Assembly (NCBI GenBank): GCA_040510575.1
Contig: JBEVIU010000102.1
Location: 1-62,273 of the forward strand
DNA length: 62,273 nucleotides
Source of the DNA: Acidimicrobiia bacterium
GTDB taxonomy: Bacteria > Actinomycetota > Acidimicrobiia > IMCC26256 > DASPTH01
Direction: 5' to 3'
A program made the position numbers and the translations under genes. Below are positions 17,901 through 24,986 of this stretch, piece by piece (position 1 is the first letter of the stretch; each line of letters starts with the position of its first letter). The notes beneath the pieces are model-generated. The model did no database searches, was not told the origin of the DNA, and saw nothing but the letters and a program-made list of their open reading frames with translations.

Positions 17901-19333
17901 TCGCGGGTGAGGTCGATGAACGGCGCCGATCGACGTACCAGCGCGAAGAGGTCGTCGGTGCGCCACTCCTGCGCGCCGACTTCGGCCACGATCTGCTGGG
18001 CGAGGATGTCGAGGGGAAGGCGCGACGGCTCGACCGCGTCGAGACGCCCGCCGTGCACCGCCGCGAGCAGTGCCGCGCACTCGACCAGCTCGTCGCGCGT
18101 CAAGGGATAGAGACGGCCCTTCGGTGTGCCGGCCCGACTGTGGTTCGATCGGCCGACGCGCTGCAGGAACGTGGCGATGCTGCGTGGTGAGCCGACCTGG
18201 CACACGAGCTCGACCGGTCCGATGTCGATGCCCAGCTCCAACGACGCGGTCGCGACGAGCGCGCGCAGATCGCCGGCGCGGAGCCGGGTCTCGACCCGGT
18301 GGCGGCGATCCTTCGACAAGCTGCCGTGGTGCGCGGCGACCACCTCGGGTCCGAGGCGCTCACCGAGTTGGTGCGCGAGTCGTTCGGCCAACCGCCGGGT
18401 GTTCACGAACACGATGGTGGTGTGGTGCTCGGCCACGAGCTCGGCGATGCTGTCGAGCACGTCGCCCATCTGCTCCGCGGAGGTGACCGCTTCGAGCTCA
18501 CCCTCGGGGAGCACGAGCCCGAGGTCGAGGTCGCGGAGGTGGCCGGCGTCGACGATGGCGGGCGACGGCCGGTCGCCCACCAGCAGCCGGGCAACCGTTG
18601 CGATCGGTCGTTGCGTCGCCGAGAGCCCGATCCGCTGCGGGGGAGTGTCGGCCAGTGCCTCGAGGCGCTCGAGCGTGAGCGCGAGGTGCGCGCCGCGCTT
18701 GTCGCGTGCCACCGCGTGGATCTCGTCGACGATCACGGTGTCGACGGTGCGGAGCAGCTCGCGGCCACCCGCGCCGGTGACGAGGAGGTAGAGCGACTCC
18801 GGCGTGGTGACGACGAACGTGGGAGGGCGGCGCAACATCGTGGCGCGCTCGGAGCTGGTCGTGTCGCCGGTGCGCACCGCGACGCGCAGCTTCGGTGCGT
18901 CGAGCCCGAGCTCCTCGGCCACTGCCGCGATCTCCGCCAGCGGGCGTTCGAGGTTCTCGGCGATGTCGACGGCGAGCGCCTTGAGCGGCGACACGTACAC
19001 GACGCGCGCGGTGCCCGTGACCTCCGCGCCTTCGGCGTGCGCGCGGTACAGGCGGTCGATGCACACGAGGAATCCCGCCAGCGTCTTGCCCGAGCCCGTT
19101 GGCGCGGCCACGAGGGTGTGACGACCGGCATCGATGTGCGGCCAGCCTTCACGCTGGGGTGTGGTGGGGCCGTCGGCGAAGCGACGCCGGAACCACTCGG
19201 CAACCGCGGGATGGAAGCCCGCGAGCGCGGGATCGACCGGGGTGGGCGTCGCACTCGACGGCCCGTCGGAGGGGGCGGCCGGGGCGACGGCACGCAGCGC
19301 CAACTGACCGGCGACGAGGGGCGGGGAAGCCAT
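14951..19333 (-). CDS. lhr: ATP-dependent helicase Lhr (large helicase-related, full length)
   Basis: 1460 aa from the ATG at 19333, with an alternative ATG at 19342. It has Walker A AAPTGSGKT and the DExH box VIVDEIH. The long Lhr-specific C-terminal region is also present. Confidence 0.92.
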   Translation of the reverse strand: MASPPLVAGQLALRAVAPAAPSDGPSSATPTPVDPALAGFHPAVAEWFRRRFADGPTTPQREGWPHIDAGRHTLVAAPTGSGKTLAGFLVCIDRLYRAHAEGAEVTGTARVVYVSPLKALAVDIAENLERPLAEIAAVAEELGLDAPKLRVAVRTGDTTSSERATMLRRPPTFVVTTPESLYLLVTGAGGRELLRTVDTVIVDEIHAVARDKRGAHLALTLERLEALADTPPQRIGLSATQRPIATVARLLVGDRPSPAIVDAGHLRDLDLGLVLPEGELEAVTSAEQMGDVLDSIAELVAEHHTTIVFVNTRRLAERLAHQLGERLGPEVVAAHHGSLSKDRRHRVETRLRAGDLRALVATASLELGIDIGPVELVCQVGSPRSIATFLQRVGRSNHSRAGTPKGRLYPLTRDELVECAALLAAVHGGRLDAVEPSRLPLDILAQQIVAEVGAQEWRTDDLFALVRRSAPFIDLTREQFDEVLDLVSNGIETGRGRRGSYVHHDTVNGELRGRKGARLAAVTSGGAIPENGDYRVVAEPDDTFIGTVNEDWAVESMAGDIFLLGTHSWQIRRIESGVVRVRDAGDAPPTVPFWMGEAPARTAELSAEVSALRARVDELLEAGDPDGAKQWLIDVAGVDTDAATLIVDYLAVGRAVLGAMPTCELLVFERFFDETGGMQLVVHSPYGGRINRALGLALRKKFCRTFNFELQAAATDNAIVLSLGPHHSFVLSEVPRYVHSSQVEDTLEHAILDSPMFQARWRWNLNRSLMVLRFRGGRKNPPPIQRMEADDLMAAVFPQAAACQENATGPIEIPDHVLVRQTIADTLHEALDADGLRDLLARMESGEVGVHCVDTTEPSVLAHEILTARPYAFLDDEEFQNRRTNAVQLRRGLAVDLASIGALDPDAIEQVHSEITPEPTEPDDLHDLLASLVLSRPRPDWQPLFDELTARNRAVHLQPPQQRTGVSSAELFGSLDASSRSEGSELWCVAEMVATAEAALGGDEVAIASVLRGQLEIIGISTVATLATATTITPRRVEAGLAVLEREGFALQGRYTAGATDTEWVARRLLARMHSYSRRTRRQSVEPATTQDFMRFLLRWQHVAPGTQLAGDAGLLAAVEQLQGFEAAAVAWEPELLARRVRHYEPAALDRLCHDGELTWLRLAPRAREDADVAVGAPSKATPIAVVFRSDLDWLLAAARHSIAVPEPTVGATAEIIEVLRARGACFASEIAEVTHRLPDDIERGLWDGVARGLLTSDGFGAIRARIAPGRDKADARRMSRLLRGARAPGAGAGRWSLVSDTGDAADAATDRGIDHHDLAEAVAEQLLNRWGVVFRDLALRDSLRIPWRDVQWALRRLEDRGLVRGGRFVTGFSGEQYALPQAIEQLAQVRKAERSGERVVVNGTDPLNLAGLIVPGATVPAVRTNRVVYVDGVPEPTNDAQADTPIIDRAQLDALSLTP

Positions 19334-19340
19334 CGGCCCC

Positions 19341-19363
19341 ATTCTCGCGGACCGGTACGACAC
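19341..19363 (-). promoter_or_regulatory. PafBC/RecA-NDp-like promoter motif upstream of lhr
   Basis: The minus strand reads GTGTCG-TAC-CGGTCCGC-GAGAAT followed by GGGGCCG-ATG. This compares with the remembered consensus tTGTCRgtg-N8-TAnnnT. The ATG at 19333 lies 7 nt after the -10. Confidence 0.35.
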
Positions 19364-19447
19364 TTTCCCGGGGTTCTTCCGTTCGGCCCGGCGCCGGCCG
19401 CGGGTACGTTCCATCGCACAGCCCGCCGCGCCGCCCAGGAGCACGAG

Positions 19448-20749
19448 ATGGCGTTCGTAATCGAACGAATTGTCCCGCACCGGGCGGCCGTCAACGCGGC
19501 GCGGCGGCGAGCGGTTGCCGTGCTGTGTGCCGCGCTCGTGGTGTCCGCGGTCGCAGCCATGGCGCCGGCTCACGCCGCGAGTTCCGCCAACGACAACGAG
19601 AGCAACGCGACCCTCCTCAAGGTCGGTGGCCTCGGGTCGTTGGCCAGCTTCCCGTCGGCCGATGTGGGCGCCAAGGCCCGGCTCACGCGCGCGAACGCCG
19701 ATCACGAGGTCGAGGGCGTCACCTTCCGGTACACCGAGTACGTCGACGACGGGAGCAGCGAGGCGACGGCACAGGCGGCGGCCACCAAGCTCGTCGACCA
19801 GGACGACGTGTTCGCGATCGTTCCTGCCTTGTCGCCGTTCACGCCCGGACCTGAGCTCGCGAAACAGAAGGTGCTCTCGTTCGGATGGGGCGCCGACGCG
19901 TCGTTCTGCACCGGCTCGCGTTCCACGAACGGGTGGGGATTCGCGGTGAGTGGGTGCCTGGCGCCGGTGCTGCCCGAGCGTGTTCCGGCGATCGGCGCGC
20001 CGCTGTACCGCGCGGTGAGCACGAAGACGGGCAACGCGACGCCGACGCTCGCCGTCATCTCGACCGCGACCGATCCCGGACGCCGGTGGGTCTCGTCGGA
20101 GGCATCGGCGTACGCGGCCGCCGGATTCGACGTGGTGTACGTGAAGGGCTCCCTACCGGTTCCCCCGACGTCGAGCCCGACGGCGGTGGTGCAGGACCTC
20201 CTCCTGGCCAACAACGGCGCGCCCACCGATGCCGTCGTGTGCCTGGCAACCACCGAGTGCCTGGCGGTGAAGCAGTTCTTGCAGGCGAACAACTACACCG
20301 GCACGTTCCAGTCGTTCTTGTACGCCGACACTCCCGTGCGCGGGCTGGCCAACGCGTTCGCGGCGCCCCAGTACGCGCCGTTCGCGGCCGACACGCCCGC
20401 CCAGACGCGAATGCTCGCCGACGTGCGCGCACTGAACCCGCAGGCCGTGATGACGCCCGACGTGGTGATCGGCTATCTCGCGGCCGACATGCTCGTCGCC
20501 GCGCTCCGCCGCGTCGTCCGGGACGACAAGACCATCACGCCGGCCAACGTGCAGCACGCAGCAGCCGCGATGACCTTCCGCGTCGAAGGTCTGTACGGGC
20601 CGACGAAGTACCCCGACTCCTTCGTGCGCTCGACGTCGGCGTGCAGCGCGCTGGTGCTCGACACCGGGCAGTCGTGGGACGTGGTCGATCCCTACGGGTG
20701 CACGAAGAAGACGGTGCCGGTCGACGCGAGGTTCGGCGCGGTCGGCTGA
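19448..20749 (+). CDS. ABC transporter substrate-binding protein (type 1 periplasmic binding fold, Liv-like)
   Basis: 433 aa from the ATG at 19448 with a signal peptide ..AVAVLCAALVVSAVAAMAPAHA. Its size and pattern fit branched-chain amino acid type SBPs. The upstream part of ORF 18299-20749 is antisense to lhr. Confidence 0.75.
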   Translation: MAFVIERIVPHRAAVNAARRRAVAVLCAALVVSAVAAMAPAHAASSANDNESNATLLKVGGLGSLASFPSADVGAKARLTRANADHEVEGVTFRYTEYVDDGSSEATAQAAATKLVDQDDVFAIVPALSPFTPGPELAKQKVLSFGWGADASFCTGSRSTNGWGFAVSGCLAPVLPERVPAIGAPLYRAVSTKTGNATPTLAVISTATDPGRRWVSSEASAYAAAGFDVVYVKGSLPVPPTSSPTAVVQDLLLANNGAPTDAVVCLATTECLAVKQFLQANNYTGTFQSFLYADTPVRGLANAFAAPQYAPFAADTPAQTRMLADVRALNPQAVMTPDVVIGYLAADMLVAALRRVVRDDKTITPANVQHAAAAMTFRVEGLYGPTKYPDSFVRSTSACSALVLDTGQSWDVVDPYGCTKKTVPVDARFGAVG

Positions 20750-20765
20750 CCGGCCGTTCGCTCGG

Positions 20766-21089
20766 TCAGTGCTCGCCGATGACGCCGCGGTCGACGTCGT
20801 CGAACGCGTGGGCCGACATGGTGACCCCGGCGAGCATGCCGAAGAGCACCGCACCGATCAGGCCGAGCAGCGAGCCGATGCCGATGATGACCCAGATCCC
20901 CAGGTCGTCACCCGCGGCCAGCGCGATCAGGCCGATGAAGAACGCGATCATGATCGGCACGAGGATCACCACCGATCGCACGATCGAACGCGTCACCGTG
21001 CGTTCCGCCGACCGCTCCGCCTCGAGCGACGCGTCGAACGAGGTGAGCTCGGCTCCTGACCCGTCGGTGGTGGCGATCTCCGAGCTCAT
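20766..21089 (-). CDS. small membrane protein, hypothetical
   Basis: 107 aa from the ATG at 21089, preceded by GGGAG. It has two clear hydrophobic helices (VVILVPIMIAFFIGLIALAA, IWVIIGIGSLLGLIGAVLFGMLAGV). Confidence 0.55.
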   Translation of the reverse strand: MSSEIATTDGSGAELTSFDASLEAERSAERTVTRSIVRSVVILVPIMIAFFIGLIALAAGDDLGIWVIIGIGSLLGLIGAVLFGMLAGVTMSAHAFDDVDRGVIGEH

Positions 21090-21136
21090 GAACGTCTCCC
21101 TGGCAGGGCGCCCGGTGGGCGCACGGTCGAGACGCC

Positions 21137-21450
21137 ATGTTGCCACGGGGCGACGCCAGCCGGTTGCACGGCGCGATCTCCACCAGTGCCTTCGGGCTGG
21201 GTCCCCGTGAAGTCGTGCTCCCTGCGCTCGAGGGAGGACTCGTCGAGCTCGTGCCCGAGTACGCGGGTAGGGGCGCTGCGGTTCGTGAGTCTCGGGGCGG
21301 AGAGCGGGGCCAACTGACGTCGCGTCGACGCAGGCGGAGCTCCGGCGATAGATGACGCCCCATCACGTCCTCGCCGGGCTCGAACGCGTGTATGGCGCGG
21401 AGAACATCACGCCGGTGGATCGGCTTCCAGATGCTCGAGCGCCGGGAGTT
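21137..21450 (+). pseudogene. degraded glycine-betaine/osmoprotectant ABC substrate-binding protein (OpuAC-family) relic
   Basis: One frame gives ..FGLGPREVVLPALEGGLVELVPEYAG. A shifted frame gives GALRFVSLGAESGAN*. A third frame gives ..LAGLERVYGAENITPVD... These match conserved OpuAC blocks (..REV..AL..G.IDLVPEYTG.., ..GLE..YGL.F..F.PLD..) but are frameshifted, internally deleted and truncated by the PAP2 gene. Confidence 0.5.
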
Positions 21451-21453
21451 GAT

Positions 21454-22068
21454 CTAGTTGGTCGAGGCGACCGCGATGCCGATGAGCGTCCCCATCGCCG
21501 CGCCGCCGACGACATCGAGCGGAAGATGCGCCCCTGCGTACAACCGCGCGACGCCGACGAACGTCGCAGTGGCGAACACGCCAGTGCGCGCGCATCGCGT
21601 CAGCGACGGCGCGATCGCGGCTGCGAGCGCGAACGCGACTGCAGTGTGGCCCGACGGGTACCCGAGCCCGCGCGTCTGCTCGCGCTCCTTCACGCCGACC
21701 ACCAGCGCCGCGGGACGTCCTCGGCCGACGACACGCTTGACGCCCTTCGCGCCCCAATACGCGCCCTGGGTCGCAGCGAGCGCGGCCAGCGCGATGCGCC
21801 GGTCACGCGCCCGCGTCCCCAGCGCCGCGCACACGAGGATCGATCCGGCGAAGCTCCCGGCCTGCATCGGCAGCCACACGACCGGCCACAGGCGGTCGGG
21901 CAGTTCGTTCACGATCGCGAACCCCCGAGCTTCCATCGCCGAGACGTCGGTGGCCGCGGCGAGAACCGTCGCACCTGCGGTCAGCGCGGCTGCGCCGCAA
22001 CCGACGGTGATGCCTCGGGCGTGCAGAGGTTCGGTGTCGCTCGTGCGTCGAGCTGAGGCGCGTGGCAC
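21454..22068 (-). CDS. PAP2 family phosphatase
   Basis: 204 aa, membrane-embedded. PAP2 motifs are present: KRVVGRGRP (motif 1), PSGH (motif 2) and ARLYAGAHLPLD (motif 3). Confidence 0.8.
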   Translation of the reverse strand: MPRASARRTSDTEPLHARGITVGCGAAALTAGATVLAAATDVSAMEARGFAIVNELPDRLWPVVWLPMQAGSFAGSILVCAALGTRARDRRIALAALAATQGAYWGAKGVKRVVGRGRPAALVVGVKEREQTRGLGYPSGHTAVAFALAAAIAPSLTRCARTGVFATATFVGVARLYAGAHLPLDVVGGAAMGTLIGIAVASTN

Positions 22069-22110
22069 GGTCGTCGACGCTATCGGCGGGCGTCAGGCGC
22101 CGGACAACCC

Positions 22111-22242
22111 GTGAAGTCCGTCGCCGCCGCCCGCCGCACCTGGCTCGTGATCGGTGGCGTCGCGCTCATGGTCGTGGTCGCGTGCACCTTCATCGTGCGT
22201 GACGGCGTGGTGTCGGGCTACCCGGTAGATCAGTGGCCGTGA
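22111..22242 (+). CDS. possible 43-aa single-TM protein, hypothetical
   Basis: A GTG start gives VKSVAAARRTWLVIGGVALMVVVACTFIVRDGVVSGYPVDQWP with high GC3. It is below the ORF-track size cutoff. Its 3' end overlaps the convergent DUF305 gene by 13 nt. Confidence 0.25.
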   Translation: MKSVAAARRTWLVIGGVALMVVVACTFIVRDGVVSGYPVDQWP

Positions 22243-22979
22243 GCCTCGGCCATCTCGTTCTCGATGGCGGTCACGTCGACCTTCGGGAGGCCGAGTGCGG
22301 CGCGGCGGGTGTTCATCTCGTTGATCTCGGTGCGCTGGACCTTCGCCATCGCGGCCGCGAGGCGTCGCACCTTCGAGTTCGACCCGTGCTCGGCCGCGAA
22401 CTCGGCCATCGCCGCCCCGGCTGCGTGGTGGCGGATCATCAGCTCGGTGAACTGGTCGTCCGCGGCCGGGCCCTCCGCCGCGGCGAGCGCGGCCTCCTCG
22501 GCGTTGGTGGGCATCCCGGGCATCTCTTGTGGCTCCACCGCCATGCCCATCCAGTCCATCGCGATGTCGTCGCTGACCGACGCCGGCGTACCCGCGTCGG
22601 CGAGCAGCGCGTTCATCACCGCGACCTCCTGGGTCTGTGACAGGAGGATGTCGCGCGCGAAGTGCTCGACGGTGGGATCGGCGCCCCGGTTCAGGTAGTC
22701 GAGGCTCATGCCGATCGCGCTCTGGTGGTGCGTCGTCATGTCGGCCAGGAAGCCGACGTCGACATCGGAGAACGACTCGGCTTCGTCGGGCTGTCCGATC
22801 CAGTAGCCGATCACGCCGACGAGGAAGCAGAGCGCCACGACGAGGGCGACGACCTGCCACCGGGAAGGCCCGGTGGGTGGGCGCGTCGCCTCCGCCTCGA
22901 CGTCGTCGATGGCCGGTGCCGTTGCCGGAGTCAGCTGCGCAGCAGCGAGATCAGGCGCAGCACTTCGAGGTACAGCCAC
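22230..22979 (-). CDS. DUF305 domain protein (membrane-anchored)
   Basis: It has one TM (WQVVALVVALCFLVGVIGYWI) followed by two DUF305 repeats (FLADMTTHHQSAIGM.., FTELMIRHHAAGAAMA..). The nearest canonical start is GTG at 22979, 49 nt inside the upstream gene. An alternative is CTG at 22934 overlapping the upstream TGA (see findings). Confidence 0.8.
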   Translation of the reverse strand: MAVPRSAAPDLAAAQLTPATAPAIDDVEAEATRPPTGPSRWQVVALVVALCFLVGVIGYWIGQPDEAESFSDVDVGFLADMTTHHQSAIGMSLDYLNRGADPTVEHFARDILLSQTQEVAVMNALLADAGTPASVSDDIAMDWMGMAVEPQEMPGMPTNAEEAALAAAEGPAADDQFTELMIRHHAAGAAMAEFAAEHGSNSKVRRLAAAMAKVQRTEINEMNTRRAALGLPKVDVTAIENEMAEAHGH

Positions 22980-23785
22980 ACGAGCGTGACCATGATCCCG
23001 AACGCGCCGTACCACTCCATGTACTTCGGTGCTCCGGCGCGCGTCGACTGGCTGATGAACTCGTAGTCGAGGAACAGGTTCAGTGCCGCGACGCAGGCGA
23101 TCACAACGCTCACGATGATGCCGAGCGGGGTGGGCTCGTTCCAGAACACGGCGTCGACACCGAAGAGCGACAGCACGAGGCCGACCATGTACATCAAGAA
23201 GATGCCGCCGGTGGCGCCGATCACGATCATCTGGAACTTCTTGGTGACCTTGACGATGTCGAACACGTACAGCGCGAGGGTCACGAAGAACACTCCGGCG
23301 GTCACGAGGATCGCCTGGAGGACGATGCCGTCCCAACGTGACTCGAACGCCTTCGAGATCACGCCGAGGAAGACGCCCTCACCGATCGCATAGAGCGGCG
23401 CGATGAACGGCGACGCCTTGGGCTTGAAGATGCACACCATCGCCAGGGCGAAGGCGCCGAACATCGCGATCCACGCCCAACCCGGGATCTGCACCTCGTT
23501 CAGCGGCGAGACCGTGGTCTGTGACCACCCGAACGCGCCGCCAGCGAGCACCAGCACGAACAGGGCGAAGGTCTTCGCGAACGTGCCGTTCGCGGTCATC
23601 GTGCCCGTCGTGGAGCCCGGCGGGGGACCGCTCGGGGTCAGGGGCGCGGTGCCGGTGGGCTGCGACGGTCCTCCGGGCGGAGCAAGAGTGGTTGTCGCTG
23701 CACCGGGCGCGGCCCAGCCGGGTTCCCAGCCTTCGTCCTCACGCACCTGCTCGAAGCGCTTGTCGTTCAACGCGGGGTTGGCCAT
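22931..23785 (-). CDS. Bax inhibitor-1/YccA family membrane protein
   Basis: 284 aa with a Pro/Gly/Thr-rich N-terminus followed by about seven TM helices. The C-terminal ..NLFLDYEFI..YMEWYGAFGIMVTLVWLYLEVLRLISLL is typical of actinobacterial BI-1-like proteins. Confidence 0.85.
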   Translation of the reverse strand: MANPALNDKRFEQVREDEGWEPGWAAPGAATTTLAPPGGPSQPTGTAPLTPSGPPPGSTTGTMTANGTFAKTFALFVLVLAGGAFGWSQTTVSPLNEVQIPGWAWIAMFGAFALAMVCIFKPKASPFIAPLYAIGEGVFLGVISKAFESRWDGIVLQAILVTAGVFFVTLALYVFDIVKVTKKFQMIVIGATGGIFLMYMVGLVLSLFGVDAVFWNEPTPLGIIVSVVIACVAALNLFLDYEFISQSTRAGAPKYMEWYGAFGIMVTLVWLYLEVLRLISLLRS

Positions 23786-23845
23786 GATCTCCTCCGGGAG
23801 TGTCGCAGGCCGTTCAGCGTAGACGGGGCCTCACGGACGACTACC

Positions 23846-23968
23846 TCAGTCGCGTGCCCGACGGGCGGCGGCGACCTGGCGGGACTCGTAGACCCATGCG
23901 AGATCTGCAGCCAGCTTGCCGGTGTCCTGGCCGCGGAGCAGGTAGTTGAGGAACTCGATGACCGTCAT
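23846..23968 (-). CDS. possible 40-aa protein, hypothetical
   Basis: MTVIEFLNYLLRGQDTGKLAADLAWVYESRQVAAARRARD. A strong SD is present (GGAGAGCCCCCAATG). No family was recognised. Confidence 0.35.
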   Translation of the reverse strand: MTVIEFLNYLLRGQDTGKLAADLAWVYESRQVAAARRARD

Positions 23969-24098
23969 TGGGGGCTCTCCCAGCCTCGATTGTCGTCCCA
24001 GCATTCTCGACGGGGGTTGAGGAGACCCTGAGACGAACCTCTCGGGTGGGTCAACGACCCGAGGGCCCGGAACGTTCCCGCTTGAGGCACCCGTTCGG

Positions 24099-24983
24099 GT
24101 GACCGACACTCTCAGGGTGAGCGACATTCTCGGGGTGACCGGGCCTCGCCTGTTCGTGATCCCTGCCCGCGACGCGCCGGTTGCCGTGGTGCTTCGACGT
24201 GGGCCCACGGCCTGGTCACACGTCGGGCGCTGGGACCTCACCGACGGCACCTACGAGGCCGGATCGTGGATCAAGGCCAACCTCTACCCGCAGCGGTGCG
24301 ACCTCTCGCCCGACGGCCAGTGGCTGGTCTACTTCACCGCTCGGGGTCCCGGCACCTGGGACGCCGGCAGCACCTACATCGCCGTGTCGAAGGCGCCCTG
24401 GCTCACGGCGCTGGCGGCCTGGGGCACGTGCGGCACCTGGACCCGTGGCGCGCATTTCGCCGACGACCCTTCGGTGCAGGAGCTCGGCGTGCCCGACGAG
24501 GGTGATCTGGGTGATCTCGTGCAGCGCTACGGCCTCGCGTTCAACCGCGCCACGACCTTCGCGGTCGAGCGACGCCGAGGCTGGGCGGAGACCGCATCGA
24601 CCCCGGTGCGCGCGGATCACGACGTGTGGGACGAGCTGCGAGCCGACGACGTCGTCATGGAGAAGCGCCGCCCCGGTGGGCACGAAGTCCTCAGTGCGCG
24701 CGGGCGCTTCGCTGCATTTCGTGAAGGGCCGTTCCCGGGTGAGGCTCGGGTCACCGACTACCGGCTGGTCGATGGCGCGCGAGACCTCGCGCTCGACGGC
24801 GCGCAGTGGGCCGACTGGACGGGCGACGGCCGGTTGCTCGTCGCCACGGTCGACGGCCACCTCCAGATCCGCGACGGCGACGCTCGCGAGGTCGTCGAGG
24901 CTGCTCGAGCGGTGCACGACGTCGACCTCTCGACGATGCAGCCCGACCCGCAGCGGCCACCCGCCGCGGCGCGTCGTCGGTAG
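24099..24983 (+). CDS. hypothetical protein
   Basis: 294 aa with a GTG start and high GC3 throughout. Repeated ..SPDGQWLVY.. and ..DGRLLVATVDGHLQI.. segments hint at a beta-propeller-like fold. No catalytic motif was recognised. Confidence 0.6.
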   Translation: MTDTLRVSDILGVTGPRLFVIPARDAPVAVVLRRGPTAWSHVGRWDLTDGTYEAGSWIKANLYPQRCDLSPDGQWLVYFTARGPGTWDAGSTYIAVSKAPWLTALAAWGTCGTWTRGAHFADDPSVQELGVPDEGDLGDLVQRYGLAFNRATTFAVERRRGWAETASTPVRADHDVWDELRADDVVMEKRRPGGHEVLSARGRFAAFREGPFPGEARVTDYRLVDGARDLALDGAQWADWTGDGRLLVATVDGHLQIRDGDAREVVEAARAVHDVDLSTMQPDPQRPPAAARRR

Positions 24984-24986
24984 CTG

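Noticed and set aside
18299-19447. Long N-terminal extension of the substrate-binding-protein ORF (816 aa in the track)
   Set aside because: The extension is antisense to lhr. The signal peptide and SBP-like sequence begin only at the ATG at 19448.
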